The notes under the pieces were generated by a model. It made no database searches. It was given only the letters and a program-made list of their open reading frames with translations, and had not been told where the DNA came from. The translations under genes were made by a program, and so were the position numbers. Source: Gaiellaceae bacterium (GTDB lineage Bacteria > Actinomycetota > Thermoleophilia > Gaiellales > Gaiellaceae). Taken from it: a stretch of 64,000 bases of DNA. Below are positions 63,854-64,000 of this stretch, piece after piece; the stretch's first letter is position 1; every line of letters begins with the position of its first letter. The stretch is from NCBI GenBank assembly GCA_035553355.1, contig DATMJW010000124.1:13209-77208 (forward strand). Reading direction: 5' to 3'.

Positions 63854-64000
63854 GTCAGCAGCCGCGCGACGGCGGCTGCGCCGCCCGCGACGACGAGCAC
63901 GAGCAGCAGCGGCGCGCGGAGCGCGATCGCGACCACTCCCGCGGCGAGCCCGACGAGGCGCTCGTCGAGGACGATCTCGCGGTCGCCGCCGACCGCCTGC
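63850..64000 (-). CDS. C-terminal fragment of a small hydrophobic protein (AzlD-like?); continues beyond the window
   Basis: Own translation: ...QAVGGDREIVLDERLVGLAAGVVAIALRAPLLLVLVVAGGAAAVARLLT*. The stop overlaps the CheY stop. The family call is weak. Confidence 0.3.
   Translation of the reverse strand, partial: QAVGGDREIVLDERLVGLAAGVVAIALRAPLLLVLVVAGGAAAVARLLT

Noticed and set aside
1-64000. CRISPR arrays, tandem or interspersed repeats, IS elements, prophage genes, rRNA and tRNA.
   Set aside because: None seen. The only tandem repeat I could find by reading is the 3 x 8-bp element at 15479-15502, and the intergenic spacers are otherwise too short. An exhaustive repeat search was not possible by hand.

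Overview
Very GC-rich (judged by eye, third codon positions almost all G/C; not computed), densely coding, Actinomycetota-like chromosomal segment. About 65 protein genes. I found no rRNA or tRNA, no CRISPR array, and no transposase or integrase. Many track ORFs are in-frame read-throughs or antisense artefacts, so I re-derived starts from start/stop overlaps and checked frames against the track.

Gene order, left to right:
- murJ (partial), rpsT, and the holA-comEC-comEA-leuS synteny block; then lysA.
- A translationally coupled minus-strand histidine operon: TrpR/YerC-like regulator, hisG, hisD, a hisC::hisB fusion, hisH, hisF, hisIE. Divergent from it are hisA and a coupled degenerate MBL-like ORF.
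- livG-livF-livH-livM-SBP coupled to fbiC (F420 FO synthase).
- A DesA3-like desaturase.
- A roughly 16 kb acyl-CoA catabolic neighbourhood: five ACADs, a CoA ligase, hydratase, dehydrogenases, thiolase, an F420-type LLM oxidoreductase, two APH-fold kinases, and SnoaL and cupin proteins.
- A sulfite-oxidase-family Moco enzyme; YyaL; a CoA-transferase and HMG-CoA lyase; a MacB-type ABC exporter.
- A putrescine uptake/catabolism operon; a BMP lipoprotein coupled to a PPOX/F420 protein.
- A small two-component or phosphorelay-like cluster.

Candidates I consider most worth follow-up:
1. An LvaAB / ACAD10-11-like kinase plus small partner at the end of a 12-gene acyl-CoA operon, suggesting phosphorylation-dependent 4-hydroxy/4-oxo-acid catabolism.
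2. A his regulon that lacks only histidinol-phosphate phosphatase, with an uncharacterised MBL-like ORF coupled to hisA.
3. A TrpR-type first cistron of the his operon sitting on a 24-bp triple-octamer operator-like element.
4. A HisC-HisB fusion.
5. A truncated DHp-only kinase-like protein coupled to a CheY next to a LuxR regulator.
6. A terminator in the leuS leader.

All functional calls come from motif recognition by eye. No database search was run.
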